A DNA stretch of 63,278 nt from Candidatus Nanopelagicales bacterium (GTDB lineage Bacteria > Actinomycetota > Actinomycetes > S36-B12): the NCBI GenBank assembly GCA_030830865.1, contig JAURME010000090.1, positions 1-63,278 of the forward strand. The letters run 5' to 3'. Below, one piece after another: positions 60,482-63,278 of the stretch. The notes beneath the pieces are model-generated. The model was given only the letters and a program-made list of their open reading frames with translations. It ran no database searches and was not told the DNA's origin. A program made the translations under genes and the position numbers. The number at the start of each line of letters is the position of its first letter. Position 1 is the first letter of the stretch.

Positions 60482-63136
60482 ATGGATAAGCCGCGGATTC
60501 TGCTGCTTGACGGCCATTCGCTGGCATATCGGGCCTTCTATGCCCTCCCCGTCGAGAACTTCTCGACCACAACCGGCCAGCCGACCAACGCGGTCTTCGG
60601 GTTCACGTCCATGCTCATCAACGTGCTGCGGGACGAGAAGCCCACCCACGTCGCGGTTGCTTTCGACGTCTCTCGTCAGACCTTCCGCTCCGAGCAGTTC
60701 CCGGAGTACAAGGCCACCAGGTCGGCCTCGCCGGCCGAGTTCAAGGGTCAGGTGGACCTGATAAGGGAGGTGCTGCAGGCGCTCGGCATCCCGGTCCTGC
60801 AGAAGGAGGGCTTCGAGGCGGACGACATCATCGCCACCCTGACCCGACGGGCACGTAAGAAGGAGTGGGAGGTGGAGATCGTCACCGGTGACAGGGACGC
60901 GTTCCAGCTCGTCACTGAGCATGTCACCGTTCTGTATCCGAAGAAGGGCGTCAGCGATCTGGCTCGCATGACGCCGGACGCCGTCGAGGAGAAGTACGGG
61001 CTCACCCCGAGCCAGTACCCCGACTATGCCGCCCTGCGCGGGGACCCCAGCGACAACCTTCCCGGCATACCCGGAGTGGGGGAGAAGACGGCATCCAAGT
61101 GGATCCGTGAGTTCGGCAGCCTTGATGGGGTCGTGGATCACGTCGACGAGGTCAAGGGGAAAGTGGGCGATGCGCTGCGCGCCGCGCTGCCCCAGGTCCT
61201 GCTGAATCGCCAGTTGACGGCTCTGGTCGCGGACGTGCCCGTTGACCTTGACCTCGACGCCACGGCTCTTGACCCGTGGAACCGTGGCGACGTCGACCAA
61301 CTGTTCGACACCCTCCAGTTCCGGGCCCTTCGGGATCGTCTGGAAGCAGTTCGCCCTGGAGTCAGTGATGATGCCGCCTCGGTAGTCGAATCCGAGGACG
61401 TCACCATCACCTCTCTGTCGGGCGAGGCCGCGGCGCAGTGGCTTGCCGGCCAGCAGGGTGTGGCGTGTGTCGCCGTCTCAGGCACGTGGGGTCGCGGCAC
61501 GGGAGAGATCACGGCAGTTGCCATCGTGGATGGACGCGGTGAGACGGTCCATCTGGACTCAACCGAGGGCCCCACCGCGGATGCACTCACGGATTGGCTC
61601 GCCTCGGATGCACCCAAGATCCTCCACGATGCCAAAGGGCCCGCGCTGACCCTTGCGGCCGTCGGCCGGCGGTTGTCCGGCTTGGTGCTCGACACGGCCC
61701 TGGCCGCCTATGTGGAATCTCCCGGAGCGCGCGGGTACGGATTGTCCGACGTGGCCCAGCGGGTGCTCGGGATCACCCTCGATGTGGAGGCGGCGGGGGA
61801 CCAGCTGATGTTCGACACCGGGGGAGCAGCAGTCGAGGCGCTGGGTCGGCAGGTCGGTGTCATCCGATCCTTGGCGGAGGCGCTGGAACCACGACTGGAG
61901 GCACAGGGATCGCGGGTGCTGCTCGACTCGGTCGAGATGCCACTGGTGGCCCTGCTCGCGGACATGGAACACGCCGGCATCGCGGTCGACGTCCCGGGAC
62001 TGCGGGCGCTGTCCGACGAATTCGGGGCAGACATGCGGCGTGCTGAGGAGGAGTCCCACCGCCTGGTGGGCCGCCCGTTCAACCTGGGGAGCCCGAAGCA
62101 ACTGCAGGAGATCCTCTTCGCAGAGAAGAACCTGCCCAAGACCAAGAAGATCAAGACCGGATACACCACCGACGCCGAAGCCCTTCAGCAGTTGTTCGCC
62201 CAGACCGGTGATCCGCTCCTCGAACAGCTACTGGCATGGCGCGATCGATCCAAGCTCCGTCAGACTGTCGACGGTCTCATTCCGCTGGCGGATTCGGAGG
62301 CCCGGATCCACACCAGCTTCAACCAGATGGTCGCCGCGACCGGGCGGCTCTCCAGCGCCGACCCCAACCTGCAGAACATCCCCATCCGGACCGATGCCGG
62401 GCGACGGATCCGAGGGTGCTTCGTGGTCGGCGAGGGGTTCGAGACGCTCATGACGGCGGACTACAGCCAGATCGAGATGCGGATCATGGCGCACCTGTCG
62501 GAGGACGAGGGCCTCATCGACGCCTTCCGCTCGGGCGAGGATCTGCACACCACGGTCGCGAGCCGCGTATTCGGCGTTGCGGCCGGAGAGGTCGACGCCG
62601 AGATGCGCCGGCGCATCAAGGCGATGTCCTATGGACTGGCGTATGGTCTCAGCGCCTACGGCCTGTCCCAGCAGCTTGACATCAGTCCCGACGAGGCCCG
62701 ACGGCTCATGGACGACTACTTCGAGCGTTTCGGGGGCGTGCGCGACTACCTGGCCGAGGTGGTGGAGCGGGCCCGGGCGCAGGGGTTCACCGAGACCATG
62801 ATGGGCCGCCGGCGCTACCTGCCCGATCTGAACAGCGAGAACCGCCAGCGCCGCGAGATGGCCGAGCGCATGGCCCTCAACGCGCCCATTCAGGGCACGG
62901 CCGCCGACATCGTGAAGGTGTCGATGCTGCGGCTTCAGCGGGCGATGGATGAGGCGGGACTGGGCAGTCGCCTGCTACTGCAGGTGCATGACGAGCTCGT
63001 GGTCGAGGTCGCGCCGGGGGAGCGGGAACGCATCGAGGCGGTCGTGCGCGAGGCCATGGCCAGCGCAGCGGACCTGTCTGTGCCGCTGGACGTCAGCGTG
63101 GGTTTCGGCCCCTCGTGGGAGTCCGCCGCCCACTGA
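60482..63136 (+). CDS. polA: DNA polymerase I
   Basis: 5' nuclease LLLDGHSLAYRAFYA, GDRD, GIPGVGEKTA. Polymerase motifs DYSQIEMRI, R...K..N.G..YG and QVHDELV. Confidence 0.97.
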   Translation: MDKPRILLLDGHSLAYRAFYALPVENFSTTTGQPTNAVFGFTSMLINVLRDEKPTHVAVAFDVSRQTFRSEQFPEYKATRSASPAEFKGQVDLIREVLQALGIPVLQKEGFEADDIIATLTRRARKKEWEVEIVTGDRDAFQLVTEHVTVLYPKKGVSDLARMTPDAVEEKYGLTPSQYPDYAALRGDPSDNLPGIPGVGEKTASKWIREFGSLDGVVDHVDEVKGKVGDALRAALPQVLLNRQLTALVADVPVDLDLDATALDPWNRGDVDQLFDTLQFRALRDRLEAVRPGVSDDAASVVESEDVTITSLSGEAAAQWLAGQQGVACVAVSGTWGRGTGEITAVAIVDGRGETVHLDSTEGPTADALTDWLASDAPKILHDAKGPALTLAAVGRRLSGLVLDTALAAYVESPGARGYGLSDVAQRVLGITLDVEAAGDQLMFDTGGAAVEALGRQVGVIRSLAEALEPRLEAQGSRVLLDSVEMPLVALLADMEHAGIAVDVPGLRALSDEFGADMRRAEEESHRLVGRPFNLGSPKQLQEILFAEKNLPKTKKIKTGYTTDAEALQQLFAQTGDPLLEQLLAWRDRSKLRQTVDGLIPLADSEARIHTSFNQMVAATGRLSSADPNLQNIPIRTDAGRRIRGCFVVGEGFETLMTADYSQIEMRIMAHLSEDEGLIDAFRSGEDLHTTVASRVFGVAAGEVDAEMRRRIKAMSYGLAYGLSAYGLSQQLDISPDEARRLMDDYFERFGGVRDYLAEVVERARAQGFTETMMGRRRYLPDLNSENRQRREMAERMALNAPIQGTAADIVKVSMLRLQRAMDEAGLGSRLLLQVHDELVVEVAPGERERIEAVVREAMASAADLSVPLDVSVGFGPSWESAAH

Positions 63137-63278
63137 GGGTCAGTGCCCTCCTGCCGGCACATGTTCTCGGGAATTCACGACCAGACGTTGTTCAGCCGTT
63201 GAGTGACGGAAAGGCAACCCCTGCTGAGAATCGGCCAACGCGACTGAAGCACGCGCGGCGTTGGCGGTTCCCGTCGAC

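Overview
High-GC actinobacterial chromosome, almost entirely conserved housekeeping core. The gene order is collinear with the Mycobacterium thrS-to-nusB block, as I recall it. In order: thrS, HIT, pgsA1, PIM acyltransferase, pimA, pdxST, yebC, ruvCAB, yajC-secDF, relA, ppiB, hisS, aspS, rarA, alaS, ruvX, mltG, aroE, aroCKBQ, pepQ-like, efp, nusB. This is followed by pdtaR, a livHMGF-type ABC importer, a PaaI thioesterase and polA. The first 11 kb is more variable. It holds a SpoU methylase fragment, RibD_C, GlsB, an ABC-2 exporter, a tRNA Gly/Cys/Val group split by an insertion, pabBC, and a secreted Ig-like repeat protein. I found no CRISPR array, intact mobile element, defence island or biosynthetic cluster, and no multi-gene novel system I can defend from sequence alone. 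The observations worth a second look are small. (1) An unlisted 38-aa Cys-rich micro-ORF sits behind a perfect CsoR-type palindrome. (2) Two decayed, integrase-less islets are flanked by direct repeats of tRNA 3' ends. (3) A 74-nt tRNA has anticodon CAA but only a 5-nt variable loop. (4) An in-frame TGA interrupts the otherwise intact essential aspS. (5) A LivH permease is fused to a secreted beta-rich N-terminal domain. (6) A PdtaR-like ANTAR regulator sits directly upstream of a LivJ-type binding protein. All functional calls come from reading the translated ORFs and from motif memory; no database search was run.
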